The position numbers were made by a program, and so were the translations under genes. This document shows, one piece after another, positions 17,451 through 26,844 of a DNA stretch of 64,000 nucleotides; position 1 is the stretch's first letter, and every line of letters starts with the position of its first letter. The notes below the pieces were generated by a model. The model was not told the DNA's origin. It ran no database searches and saw only the letters and a list, made by a program, of their open reading frames with translations. This DNA comes from a bacterium (GTDB lineage: Bacteria > UBA8248), in the NCBI GenBank assembly GCA_965221165.1, contig CBDCRP010000003.1, forward strand, positions 1,088,001 to 1,152,000. The letters run 5' to 3'.

Positions 17451-18704
17451 CTACCCAGGATGAACCTCTTTCATCCTACCCATAAAAGGCAGGGCGATTG
17501 TCATAAACATGAGCATCACCACTTCGGAATCACCAAAGTTGTATTCAAACATCCCGGCGCTCAAAAAACCCGCGGCCACGGCCAAACCGCCCACCATTCG
17601 AAATTGCGTTCCGAAAGGTGCAGCCCTCGTATCTCGAATTCGTTGAATCACCAAGATAAAATACCCGATCCAGGCCCAAACCCAAGCACCCAGAGCAAGA
17701 ATTCCTCGTTCAGCGGCCAAGTGCACGACATTGTTGTGTAAATTAACAACCGATTTCTCGATCGCTTTGGGGTTCACGTAGCGAGTATAATTGTTTTTGA
17801 TCTGGCCAGGCCCAAAACCCAGAAGTGTTTTCTCCCTTAACATTTGAATGCCGCTTTTCCACATATACATCCGCTCCACGGCCGTTTTGTCCTGAAGATT
17901 CATCATGCTCTTCACGCGCTGGCTTACGGAATGAGGCGCCATGAATATCACCACTGCTATCAACAGCGCCAAACATAAACCCGCCCTTCTACTTTTACTC
18001 GCCACAGCAACGACCACCAACCCCACTGCAAGTCCAACCCAGGCATTACGACTCAAAGTAGTCATCAATGCAGTGACAATTAATAGGGTTGCTGCATAGA
18101 CCCATATGCTTTTCCGTTCTCGAGTCGGTACCAAGATATATGAAAGCGCCAAAGTGCCGACTACAAGCAAAAAGCCACCGAGTGTCATGTATATGCTGAA
18201 AAAACCAGACATCCGATTATCCAGCGATAAGGGTAGTTGAAGAGAAATACCCAGGGTATATAAAGCGGTAATGCTCGTGGCTATGAAAAGCGCTTTCACC
18301 AACCAAAACGCTTCCCAGTCATCTTCGATGACGTTAATGGCCAAATAAAAAATCATAATTTGAGTCAATTCCCGCGCCTTTATCAGGCTTTTGATTGAAT
18401 CGACAGCATGAAAAGAGCTTGCGAAAGTCAAGATTGCGAAAAGGAGCCAAGGCCTCCACAACGGAAACTTCTGGGTTAGCAGGGGAGTTCCTTTGCTCAT
18501 TGCAATCAGCCACGTCACCATGGCCGTGAACACACAAATTTGAGCGAGTGATATCGAAAACGGGGCGCTGACGGCAAAACCAAAAAGCCCGCCAAACGCT
18601 ACCCGAGAAAGAGGTGAACGCCTCCGGAAGCGCTCCCAAAATTCCATGCAGGAGTCTTTTAACTTGCTGATAAATTTCGTTCTCGGTCCAGTTCCTAAAG
18701 ACAT
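17451..18704 (-). CDS. waaL: O-antigen ligase family protein
   Basis: Multi-TM; TLSRNAW, ERMYMW, GFGPG, LHNN, AERG motifs; end of LPS operon; start uncertain. Confidence 0.8.
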   Translation of the reverse strand: MSLGTGPRTKFISKLKDSCMEFWERFRRRSPLSRVAFGGLFGFAVSAPFSISLAQICVFTAMVTWLIAMSKGTPLLTQKFPLWRPWLLFAILTFASSFHAVDSIKSLIKARELTQIMIFYLAINVIEDDWEAFWLVKALFIATSITALYTLGISLQLPLSLDNRMSGFFSIYMTLGGFLLVVGTLALSYILVPTRERKSIWVYAATLLIVTALMTTLSRNAWVGLAVGLVVVAVASKSRRAGLCLALLIAVVIFMAPHSVSQRVKSMMNLQDKTAVERMYMWKSGIQMLREKTLLGFGPGQIKNNYTRYVNPKAIEKSVVNLHNNVVHLAAERGILALGAWVWAWIGYFILVIQRIRDTRAAPFGTQFRMVGGLAVAAGFLSAGMFEYNFGDSEVVMLMFMTIALPFMGRMKEVHPG

Positions 18705-18805
18705 TTGATTGCTTTTTCTACACGGTATTATCGCAAATAGTCAGGCGCACAGTGTCTACGCCCTGCCCATCGAAGGCGGATAGACTTCTGCACAAGTCAG
18801 TATTT

Positions 18806-19279
18806 TCAAGAACCCGCCTCCATGTCTTTAACAACTTCTCGGTAGAGATTTTCGGTCGCATCGACATTTGCTTCCCATGTAAATTTTAACGCGAGTGCAC
18901 GAGCGGCACTCCACATGGCGGTCATCTGCTCTTCATCCATACACAAAGAGATGAGACGAGAAATTTCATCCGTATTCGTGGGGTCGTCTAAAACGTAGCC
19001 CTCTTTTCGATCCGAGATTATTTCCGTTCCTCCATTTTGGGATGACAAAACACACGGTAATTCACTCGCTATCGCTTCCCGGCAAGCATTTACAAACAGA
19101 TCATAAAAGGTGGGAAACACAAAGGCATCGTCCTCGGAAACGATTCCCGACCTTTTCAAGATAACATCTTGAGCCAACATGAGAAGGCGGAAACTCAAAC
19201 TTTCAAACATATAAGAAATAGCCGGAATAGAACCCTCTAACCCCAAAAATCCGATTGAGCCGCGGGACCTATCTTCCAC
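18806..19279 (-). pseudogene. Degenerate family-4 glycosyltransferase remnant (C-terminal part)
   Basis: DAFVFPTFYDLFVNACREAIASELP...GGTEII..GYVL...FTWE resembles a GT4 C-terminus; N-terminal domain missing. Confidence 0.65.
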
Positions 19280-19309
19280 CTAGCGGGACTATCCTTCGAA
19301 CAAATTACT

Positions 19310-21097
19310 CTACGGTATGTTTCCACCATTCGTTGCACTATTGATTTCACTGGGGAGGGACATTTCCTCGCTTGTGAACTGCATTTCATAGAGTCTTTGG
19401 TATAAACCACCCTGCTTCATCAGCGCATCGTGCGTCCCTCTCTCCACAATTCTTCCTCCATTAAGCACGATTATTAAATCAGCGTTTCGGACTGTGGAGA
19501 GCCTATGAGCCACCACGAATGTGGTGCGGCCCTTCATCAAAGGCTCAAGTGCCTCTTGAATCAACTGCTCGCTCTCTGTATCGAGCGCACTCGTGGCTTC
19601 ATCAAGCAGCAAAATAGAAGGATCTCTCAAAATCGCACGAGCTATAGCGATGCGCTGGCGTTCACCGCCTGATAAGCGTACCCCCTCCTCGCCCAGCATG
19701 GTCTCATACCTATTTTCAAGTCCCATAATAAAATCATGGGCATTGGCCGCTTTCGCCGCCGAGATTATTTCGTCACGGCCGACGGGTCTCTTCGCACCAT
19801 AGGCAATGTTGTTTTCCGCCGTATCATTAAACAAAATCACTTGCTGGGTTACCACGGCGACCTGGGCGCGCAAGCTGTTCAGCGAATATTGAGATGCCTT
19901 TTTCCCATCAAAAAAAATATTCCCCCGGCTAGGCAAATAAAAACGCGGAATCAAATCTAGCAGCGTGCTTTTCCCCGCTCCACTCATCCCTACAACAGCC
20001 AGGATGCAACCCGCCGGCACTTCGACATCGATATCCTCCAGCGTCGCTTCATCAGAGTAAGAAAAATGCACACCCTCGAATCGAACATGTTGAGAAAGCC
20101 GCTCCATCACTTCGCCATTCGGATTCTTATCCTCTGGAACATGCTCATCTATAGTTTCAAAGACCGATTGACCACCCGCAATTCCTTCCACCAAGCTATG
20201 AGACACACGGGTGAAGGATTTCAGTGGGCTATAAGCCATGCCAAGGGCGACGGCGAAACTCGTCAGCTTTCCTGGATCCATGCTCCCTTGAATGACTGCC
20301 CTGGCACCGAACCACAAAATCCCCGCCCCCAAAATACCGCCGATGATTTCCACCATCGGGGGCGCTAGCGACTGCACCCGCATGGCCCGCATAACGGTGT
20401 CAAAAAAAGAGCGGGTGGCGCGCACGAAACGGCTCTCTTCCTCATCTTCCGCTCCAAACGCCTTGACGACACGGATGCCCACATAGGTTTCCTTCATCAA
20501 ATTGCTCATGTCTCCCATGCGCTCCTGGCTTCTCCGGGTGATGCGGCGAATTTTCTCCCCCATCGTCAAGACTAAAAACGCCACCAAAGGAACGATTACG
20601 ATGAATATCACCGCCATTTTGGGACTTTGGTAAACAGCCACTCCAAGCAAGGCGATGAAGGTGAAGCCATGGCGGAATAAATCCCGCACGGAGTCTGTCG
20701 CCGCCCTTTGCATCAAAGAGATGTCATAAATGACTTTCGACATCAGCTCTCCGGTCGTCTTAGTTTCAAAAAACCGAAGTGGTAAATGAATAAGATGCCG
20801 GTGAAGCTCGTTTCGGATGTCCATCACCACGCGCTGACCGACCCAGCGCATGAAATAATTCTGCAGATAAGCGGCGGCACCTTTTACCAGATAGGCGATA
20901 ACGAGGGATAAACAAATCAATAAGACAACATCGGATCGCTTCGAGATTAAGATATCATTGATGAGATGCTGAACAAGGTATGCCGGGTATGCGTTCAGCC
21001 CACTTACGATAATCGTGCTGACTACAGCGATGCCGAACCTCAGTCTGTATGGGCGTAAATATACTAAAAGCCTGAGATAAACCTGGGTGCGGCTCAT
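19310..21097 (-). CDS. msbA: Lipid A export ABC transporter
   Basis: 6-TM domain plus GMSGAGKST, LSGGERQRIAIARA, LLLDEATSALD; LPS operon context. Confidence 0.88.
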   Translation of the reverse strand: MSRTQVYLRLLVYLRPYRLRFGIAVVSTIIVSGLNAYPAYLVQHLINDILISKRSDVVLLICLSLVIAYLVKGAAAYLQNYFMRWVGQRVVMDIRNELHRHLIHLPLRFFETKTTGELMSKVIYDISLMQRAATDSVRDLFRHGFTFIALLGVAVYQSPKMAVIFIVIVPLVAFLVLTMGEKIRRITRRSQERMGDMSNLMKETYVGIRVVKAFGAEDEEESRFVRATRSFFDTVMRAMRVQSLAPPMVEIIGGILGAGILWFGARAVIQGSMDPGKLTSFAVALGMAYSPLKSFTRVSHSLVEGIAGGQSVFETIDEHVPEDKNPNGEVMERLSQHVRFEGVHFSYSDEATLEDIDVEVPAGCILAVVGMSGAGKSTLLDLIPRFYLPSRGNIFFDGKKASQYSLNSLRAQVAVVTQQVILFNDTAENNIAYGAKRPVGRDEIISAAKAANAHDFIMGLENRYETMLGEEGVRLSGGERQRIAIARAILRDPSILLLDEATSALDTESEQLIQEALEPLMKGRTTFVVAHRLSTVRNADLIIVLNGGRIVERGTHDALMKQGGLYQRLYEMQFTSEEMSLPSEINSATNGGNIP

Positions 21098-21315
21098 CCG
21101 AAATTCTCTTGAAAATTCAACTTAGGTGTCATGTGAACCGGTTTGAAAGGCACACCTGCTCGGCTGGCATCTTTCTTCAGTTCTCTGCCCGGCTGCCCAA
21201 TTAGTAGAACCTCCTGCCCACGCTCGAGAAAAGAGACGGCCTTCAGCAGAATTTTCTTCTCCTGGCCACCCATATCCAAGGAGGTTTCTCTATGAACAAC
21301 ACTAAGGGCGATCAC
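21094..21315 (-). pseudogene. Truncated family-4 glycosyltransferase (N-terminal 73 aa)
   Basis: VVHRETSLDMGGQEKKIL...RGQEVLLIGQPG..L...A..AGVP matches a GT4 N-terminus; stops after 73 codons, overlapping the msbA start. Confidence 0.65.
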
Positions 21316-22156
21316 GTTCTCGACACAGCTCCCACAAAAAGGTGGCACGCATGAACACATAATAAGCGGAGCCGACTGATACGCATAATCCCTCAACCCC
21401 ATCCCGAAGGCCCATCTTCAAGACGTAGCTCTTGAAAAAACGCCAAAGTGGGCGGATGAAAAAATCACTAATGCCAGGCCGTACTCCCTCCGAGAATAAA
21501 TCTTCCGCCGACAACCTGGCGTATTCGACCTGTCTCTGGAAAAAATCTAAAACCGCGTCATAACTATAGTGTTCCAACGGGGCTGAAAGCACACCCACCC
21601 GTCCTCGCACCACAACGGACTCATGAACGCTTTTCCTGTTAAACACTCCTGTATCGCGTCGAAACAGTCGTATATGATAATCTGGCCAAAGCTCTCCATG
21701 GCGGAGCCAAGACCCAAAAAAGATATTTTTCAGGGGCATCCGGTACCCGTCTGCAGGACTATCGTCAGACAAAACAGAGAGAATCTCCTTTTCAAGCTCA
21801 GGACTCACGCATTCATCTGCATCCAGACTCAATATCCAGGAATGGCTCGCTTTGGAGATAGCGAAATTTTTTTGTGCGGAATGTCCTCGCCAAGGATTTT
21901 GAACGACCACTGCGCCACGCTTTCGGCATATTTCCTGGGTGTCATCTGTACTGCCTGCGTCCACAACAATAATTTCATCCGCCCAAGAAACACTATCAAT
22001 GCACGCACCGATGCGTTTTGCTTCATTGTGGGCCACAATCGTGACGCTAACAGGTTTCCTGGTTGACCCGGACACAGGCATTGGCCCTGCATCGGCATCA
22101 TCAGATGCCACCAAGCCAGACATCTTTGCTAGCCTCTCTCTTGAGCTTTCTCCCAC
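21302..22156 (-). CDS. Family-2 glycosyltransferase (WaaE/KdtX-like)
   Basis: NEAKRIGACIDSV.WADEIIVVDAGSTD, QKN, WILSLDADE, WPDYHIRLF, VHE; start uncertain. Confidence 0.9.
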   Translation of the reverse strand: MGESSRERLAKMSGLVASDDADAGPMPVSGSTRKPVSVTIVAHNEAKRIGACIDSVSWADEIIVVDAGSTDDTQEICRKRGAVVVQNPWRGHSAQKNFAISKASHSWILSLDADECVSPELEKEILSVLSDDSPADGYRMPLKNIFFGSWLRHGELWPDYHIRLFRRDTGVFNRKSVHESVVVRGRVGVLSAPLEHYSYDAVLDFFQRQVEYARLSAEDLFSEGVRPGISDFFIRPLWRFFKSYVLKMGLRDGVEGLCVSVGSAYYVFMRATFLWELCRERDRP

Positions 22157-22326
22157 TCATCAAGCGGGATGGCTTCGTCTACTAGCATGATGGGGATGCC
22201 ATCTTCGATTTTGTAGACCAACCCCGATTCCCGGGCAATCAAAAAATTTCCATCTCCACTTAATTCAAGCGAGGTCTTGGTGACAGGGCATGCCAATATT
22301 TCCAACAACTCTTTGTCCACGCTCAT
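22129..22326 (-). CDS. Trm112/YcaR family protein
   Basis: LLEILACPVTK...YKIEDGIPIMLVDEA. Confidence 0.9.
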   Translation of the reverse strand: MSVDKELLEILACPVTKTSLELSGDGNFLIARESGLVYKIEDGIPIMLVDEAIPLDEWEKAQERG

Positions 22327-22454
22327 ATTCCGTTTATCTCCACTTTGCAATCAAACATCCGAAACAACATCCACATTTTCAAATCAGTCAGCACGCTATT
22401 TGAAAATTGAAAGATAACCTAGTTCATTCAAAAAACTTCTTTAGTTTCGCATAT

Positions 22455-23516
22455 CTAGCGATGTTTTTCATGGACCGAATAGAGTTGGTTCAGCCCATCC
22501 ACCGCCTCTTCGATTTTCACACGCTCCAAACACTCGATATCAGGGCATTTCCTCGCATAACAACCACTGCAAGCGAGGCGGTGATGCAAAACCGAATGCC
22601 CTGACCCCCAAGGGCCATTTCTCACCGGTTCCGTAGGCCCCATGATCGTCAGGCATCGCACACCCATCGCAGCGGCGAGATGCATGGGGCCCGAGTCACC
22701 ACCCACGAAATAACCGCCACGCCGAATCAAAGCCATCATCTCGCGAATGTTCGTCGCAGGGGCAACATAAGGTCGTGTTTTCATGGCGCTCGTCACTTCC
22801 TCTGCTATCTTTCTTTCGTCCGGGCCCCATATCAGGAGAACATCTCCTATGTCACTCTCATGCCAATGATCAGCAAGTTGCGCAAAACGAGCGGGAGCCC
22901 AGCGTTTCGTCGGCCATCCACCTCCAGGATGAATCACCAATAAGGAGCGGCCGTCTATATGGCCCACGCTCTCCAAATACTTTTCCGCTTGCTCTCTTTC
23001 TTGCTGCGTTTCATGAAGGGAAAAGCGGTATTTCTCCCTTCGAGGAATGGGCAAACACAACGGCTTTAGGAGAGATAGATTCTTCTCTATCACATGATGT
23101 GGGTTTTTCGGGGGAAACACTTGGTGTGTTGTAAACAGTACGTTCATTCCCTCTTTACAAAAACGATGCTCAAACCCTATGCGCACAGGCGCTTTCGACG
23201 CCCATGCCAACAAACCGCTTTTGATTAACCCTTGGGCATCCAGCACCACATCAGCCCCTACATTTTTCACAGCACCGAGATCGCGCCTAAAAGTAGAGAA
23301 ACCGCTGGAGAGTATGTTTTTCCGCCATCCCTTGGTATCGATGGTCAAGACTTCATCTATATCTGAATTTTCAAGAAGTACTTCTCCTGGGGCCGGCTCA
23401 ACTGCCCAGGTGATATGAGAATCAGGCCGGGCATCCTTGATGGCCGACGCCAAGGGGAGCGCATGAACGACATCACCGATGGCGCCCAAGCGGATGATCA
23501 GGAATCGCTCACCCAT
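22455..23516 (-). CDS. waaC: LPS heptosyltransferase I
   Basis: LIIRLGAIGDVVHALP, DAQGLIKS, HPGGGWPTKRW, GDSGPMHLA. Confidence 0.85.
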   Translation of the reverse strand: MGERFLIIRLGAIGDVVHALPLASAIKDARPDSHITWAVEPAPGEVLLENSDIDEVLTIDTKGWRKNILSSGFSTFRRDLGAVKNVGADVVLDAQGLIKSGLLAWASKAPVRIGFEHRFCKEGMNVLFTTHQVFPPKNPHHVIEKNLSLLKPLCLPIPRREKYRFSLHETQQEREQAEKYLESVGHIDGRSLLVIHPGGGWPTKRWAPARFAQLADHWHESDIGDVLLIWGPDERKIAEEVTSAMKTRPYVAPATNIREMMALIRRGGYFVGGDSGPMHLAAAMGVRCLTIMGPTEPVRNGPWGSGHSVLHHRLACSGCYARKCPDIECLERVKIEEAVDGLNQLYSVHEKHR

Positions 23517-24015
23517 CCGTGGCTGACCTCCTGATGCGCACACCGAAGTCCGTGGAAGAATGCTCTTTCGGGTCTCCACAAATAACGATTTTGCCTCCGT
23601 AGCTTCTTACCGTCTCCCGTTCGGGAACCGTATCTGCGGTGTAGTCTGTCCCTTTCGCATGCACATCGGGTTTCAAGGTGAGCAAAAGACTTGACACATC
23701 GAGCCCATCAAACAGCAAAAGGTAATCAATCGACTCCAGGGCAGAGAGGATTTCAAGACGTTCATTCTGCGGGACATACGGCCGGCCATTTCCTTTCAGG
23801 GCGCGTGCCGAAGCATCGCTATTGACCGCCACCACCAGAACATCCCCGTTTTCCTTCGCAGCGCGGAAATAGCGCACATGTCCAACATGAAGAACATCGA
23901 AACAACCATTGGCAAACACGATGCGCTTGCCATCTTGGCGCAATTTGTCCAGCACTGGTTTCAGGGAATTCATCGACATCCACTTTCCCTGGCACGCCTT
24001 TTCCTGGATGCTCAC
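23509..24015 (-). CDS. hldC: ADP-heptose synthase adenylyltransferase (RfaE domain II)
   Basis: ANGCFDVLHVGH, VNSD, KGTDY, HSST. Confidence 0.88.
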   Translation of the reverse strand: MSIQEKACQGKWMSMNSLKPVLDKLRQDGKRIVFANGCFDVLHVGHVRYFRAAKENGDVLVVAVNSDASARALKGNGRPYVPQNERLEILSALESIDYLLLFDGLDVSSLLLTLKPDVHAKGTDYTADTVPERETVRSYGGKIVICGDPKEHSSTDFGVRIRRSATDG

Positions 24016-25019
24016 TCATCATCCCCTTCGAACGTGGCGAGGAGTTCATGAGGCTCCACTACCGTCGTTCCCGCCTTCATCACCACCAATCCCGCCGCAC
24101 GATTCGCGATCTCCGCCGCTTCACGCATCGACGCGCCCGCGGCCAGGGATAGTGTCAACGTGGCAATCACCGTATCTCCCGCACCAGTCACATCAAACAC
24201 TTGATCTGATCCATAAATAGGAATATCTGATCTTGGAGAATTTTTCTCAAAGAGACTCATCCCCTTGTCTCCCCGAGTGATCAAGACTGCCTGGGCACCC
24301 GTTTTTTGGAGTAAAGTGACACCCGCCTCATCGAGATGATCTTCGTCGGGCCAATAGCCTAGCAGCCCTTCTACTTCTTCTTCGTTGGGCGTGATGGCGG
24401 TAATCCCTAAAAACGAATCTCCCGCATATCGACTGTCCGCTGTAACGATGATTTCCTTCGGTAATTTCTGGATCGCTGCTTTTACGCCTTCCGTCACGAC
24501 ACCCAAGCCATAGTCGGAAATCAGAAGAGCATCCAAGCCATCATTTGCTATTCGCTCAATTTCACAGACTATTTGGGATTCAAGCCTCTCCTTCAAGTAC
24601 AGTTTCTTTTCGCGGTCCACCCGAATCACCTGCTGACGTTTGGTGTTTCGGCCTCCCGCCATCACGCGTGTTTTCGTGGGAGTGATGTGCTCGGAATCTT
24701 CCCATAAAAGCTTGGTGTCGACTCTGCGCTTCACCATTTCATGACAAAGAGCCCTGCCCACTTCATCATCTCCCAACACGCCGATAGCCCTCACATTTCC
24801 ACCCAAGGCCGCCGCATTCATCGCCGCATTACCCCCACCGCCGGGAACAATCTCGCGACCGATAAAGTCCAAAACAAGAACGGGTGCTTCCCTGCTAATC
24901 CGAGAAGTAGCCCCATGGATAAATTCATCCGCGATGAAATCGCCAATCACCGCAACATGTAGAGATGAGAATTTTTGGATGTATTCGACCAGGTGTGAAC
25001 TCATGCTAGTGATTCCCAC
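24012..25019 (-). CDS. hldA: D-glycero-D-manno-heptose-7-P kinase (RfaE domain I)
   Basis: RISREAPV, SDYG, TPN, DVTGAGDT PfkB motif. Confidence 0.9.
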   Translation of the reverse strand: MGITSMSSHLVEYIQKFSSLHVAVIGDFIADEFIHGATSRISREAPVLVLDFIGREIVPGGGGNAAMNAAALGGNVRAIGVLGDDEVGRALCHEMVKRRVDTKLLWEDSEHITPTKTRVMAGGRNTKRQQVIRVDREKKLYLKERLESQIVCEIERIANDGLDALLISDYGLGVVTEGVKAAIQKLPKEIIVTADSRYAGDSFLGITAITPNEEEVEGLLGYWPDEDHLDEAGVTLLQKTGAQAVLITRGDKGMSLFEKNSPRSDIPIYGSDQVFDVTGAGDTVIATLTLSLAAGASMREAAEIANRAAGLVVMKAGTTVVEPHELLATFEGDDE

Positions 25020-25590
25020 CCTCGTTCAAAATGATTTCCACTGCTTGATAGGCATCTTGCGCCACGAAATCCGGCTGACGAGGCCACCGTGCTCCACGAA
25101 GCTCTCTTTCCCCTCGCCCATATCCTGTAAGCAAAAGACCTGACTTACAACCCGCGCGCCAGCCTGCTTCCAAATCGGAGTATTTATCCCCAAGCATGAC
25201 GGATTTTCCCAAATCAATATCGTGCTCTGCCGCCGCCTTCAAAATCATACCGGGATGAGGCTTGCGCATCTTGCAGTCGATCGCATAAGCGGGATCGTCC
25301 CCGTTTGGAACGTGTGGACAATAATAGATTGCGTCAAGTCGCGCGCCTTTGTCACTGAGTTCATCCTGAAGTTTGCAATGCACTTTTCCTAGCATGGATT
25401 CGGGAAAGTACCCTCTCGCCACGCCAGCTTGATTTGTAATCAAAATGGCAAGCCATCCCGCCTCGTTCACCTTTCGTACAGCTGCCGCCGCCCTGGGCAG
25501 GAGTTCATATACATCGAGGTGGGTGACATAACCCACATCACGGTTCAAGGTTCCGTCCCTGTCGAAAAATACCGCTGTTCTTTTCGTCAT
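25006..25590 (-). CDS. gmhB: Heptose 1,7-bisphosphate phosphatase
   Basis: FFDRDGTLN, ITNQAG, YYCPH, RKP, GDKYSD. Confidence 0.92.
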   Translation of the reverse strand: MTKRTAVFFDRDGTLNRDVGYVTHLDVYELLPRAAAAVRKVNEAGWLAILITNQAGVARGYFPESMLGKVHCKLQDELSDKGARLDAIYYCPHVPNGDDPAYAIDCKMRKPHPGMILKAAAEHDIDLGKSVMLGDKYSDLEAGWRAGCKSGLLLTGYGRGERELRGARWPRQPDFVAQDAYQAVEIILNEGGNH

Positions 25591-25603
25591 ATCTTTCCTT
25601 ATT

Positions 25604-26650
25604 TCAAGTCTTGCGTGTCTCTATTTTTTTATGCAGCAGCTCGATGGCTTCGCCCACCACTTCTTCAGGCGTAATCTGCTTCATGCAATTGTGATGATGG
25701 AGAGGGCATGTTCTCTCGAAACATGGGCTGCAATCGAGATTCTTAGAAATGGTCCGATTCCAAAGACCTCTTGGCGCCGTTCGACGATAGTCGGTGGGAC
25801 CAAAGAGCGCGATTGTCGCAGTCCCAGCCAGTGCCGCCACATGAAGTGGCCCGGTATCGCCTGATATGAATACATCCAAATGAGATAGCAAAGCAGGCAG
25901 AGTCTCCAGGGTGTCTTCACCAGCCAGATTCACTGCTCGCCCACCAGACATCGCATTCAATTTCTCTGCAAGCGCCCGTTCATCAGGCCCACCCAATATG
26001 CAAACCCGCGCTTTCTCACGATTCATGAGTAGGTGGATTAGTTGTTCGAAGCATTCTAGTGGCCATGTCTTGGATTCACCGAAAAAAGCCCCGGGATGAA
26101 TCCCTACCAAAGGCGCGTTTTGCCCGATGAAGTGTCTTTTTAGTAAATTCTCCGCAAATTCCAGCGCCTGAGGTGTGATGAGGAAATCATCAACTTGCAC
26201 TTGGGTTTCGTGTCCTTCCGCCTCAAGAAGGCGAAGATAATAATCGACTAAATGAGGAACATTCGGAGCGGGAGCGACACGGTTGCTCAAAAGCCAACCT
26301 CTACCATCGGTGCTGTATCCGATCCGGCACCTTGCTCCTACCCATTTAGCCATTAGAGCCGCACGAAAACTATTGGGCAGAATCCAAGCATAATCTATCA
26401 TCTCGCCTCTTAACATCTTCTTTAATGAAAAGAAGCTTCCCCATTTTCTCCCATCGACCGATAAGACCCGATCTATCCAGGGAAAACTTCGGAGCAGCCC
26501 GGAAGTCCAAGGACCTGCCGCCGCTATCAGCCTCGCCTCGGGACATGCTTTCCTTAAGGATGAAAAAAAAGGAGCGGACATGGCCGTGTCGCCTATCCAT
26601 GTGGGTGTTACCACAAGATGCAACTCCCCCCTATGGACATCATCGCTCAA
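25604..26650 (-). CDS. waaF: LPS heptosyltransferase II
   Basis: PTWIGD..MS, LPNSFRAA, HPGAFFGESKTWP, DTGPLH, CSPC...CP; TTG start with GGGGGA RBS inferred. Confidence 0.88.
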   Translation of the reverse strand: MSDDVHRGELHLVVTPTWIGDTAMSAPFFSSLRKACPEARLIAAAGPWTSGLLRSFPWIDRVLSVDGRKWGSFFSLKKMLRGEMIDYAWILPNSFRAALMAKWVGARCRIGYSTDGRGWLLSNRVAPAPNVPHLVDYYLRLLEAEGHETQVQVDDFLITPQALEFAENLLKRHFIGQNAPLVGIHPGAFFGESKTWPLECFEQLIHLLMNREKARVCILGGPDERALAEKLNAMSGGRAVNLAGEDTLETLPALLSHLDVFISGDTGPLHVAALAGTATIALFGPTDYRRTAPRGLWNRTISKNLDCSPCFERTCPLHHHNCMKQITPEEVVGEAIELLHKKIETRKT

Positions 26651-26844
26651 ACCCGATTCCCCCACTCGATACACAGCCTTACATCGAATCTTGGAAAATA
26701 GAAACAACCAAAACTCCACTTTTTTCAACGCTATCAACCGATACTATGAGCGTCAATGAGCATAAAAACACACTTTACAATCTAAGAACTGCTCATATAG
26801 TGTGGTATGAGAGCATGGAATGCCCGCCTCTCAGAGGATCCCCT

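Noticed and set aside
26425-26844. 140-aa N-terminal extension of LptF overlapping waaF
   Set aside because: Family similarity begins at KILHRYI, with an RBS before TTG 26845 and promoter-like sequence upstream
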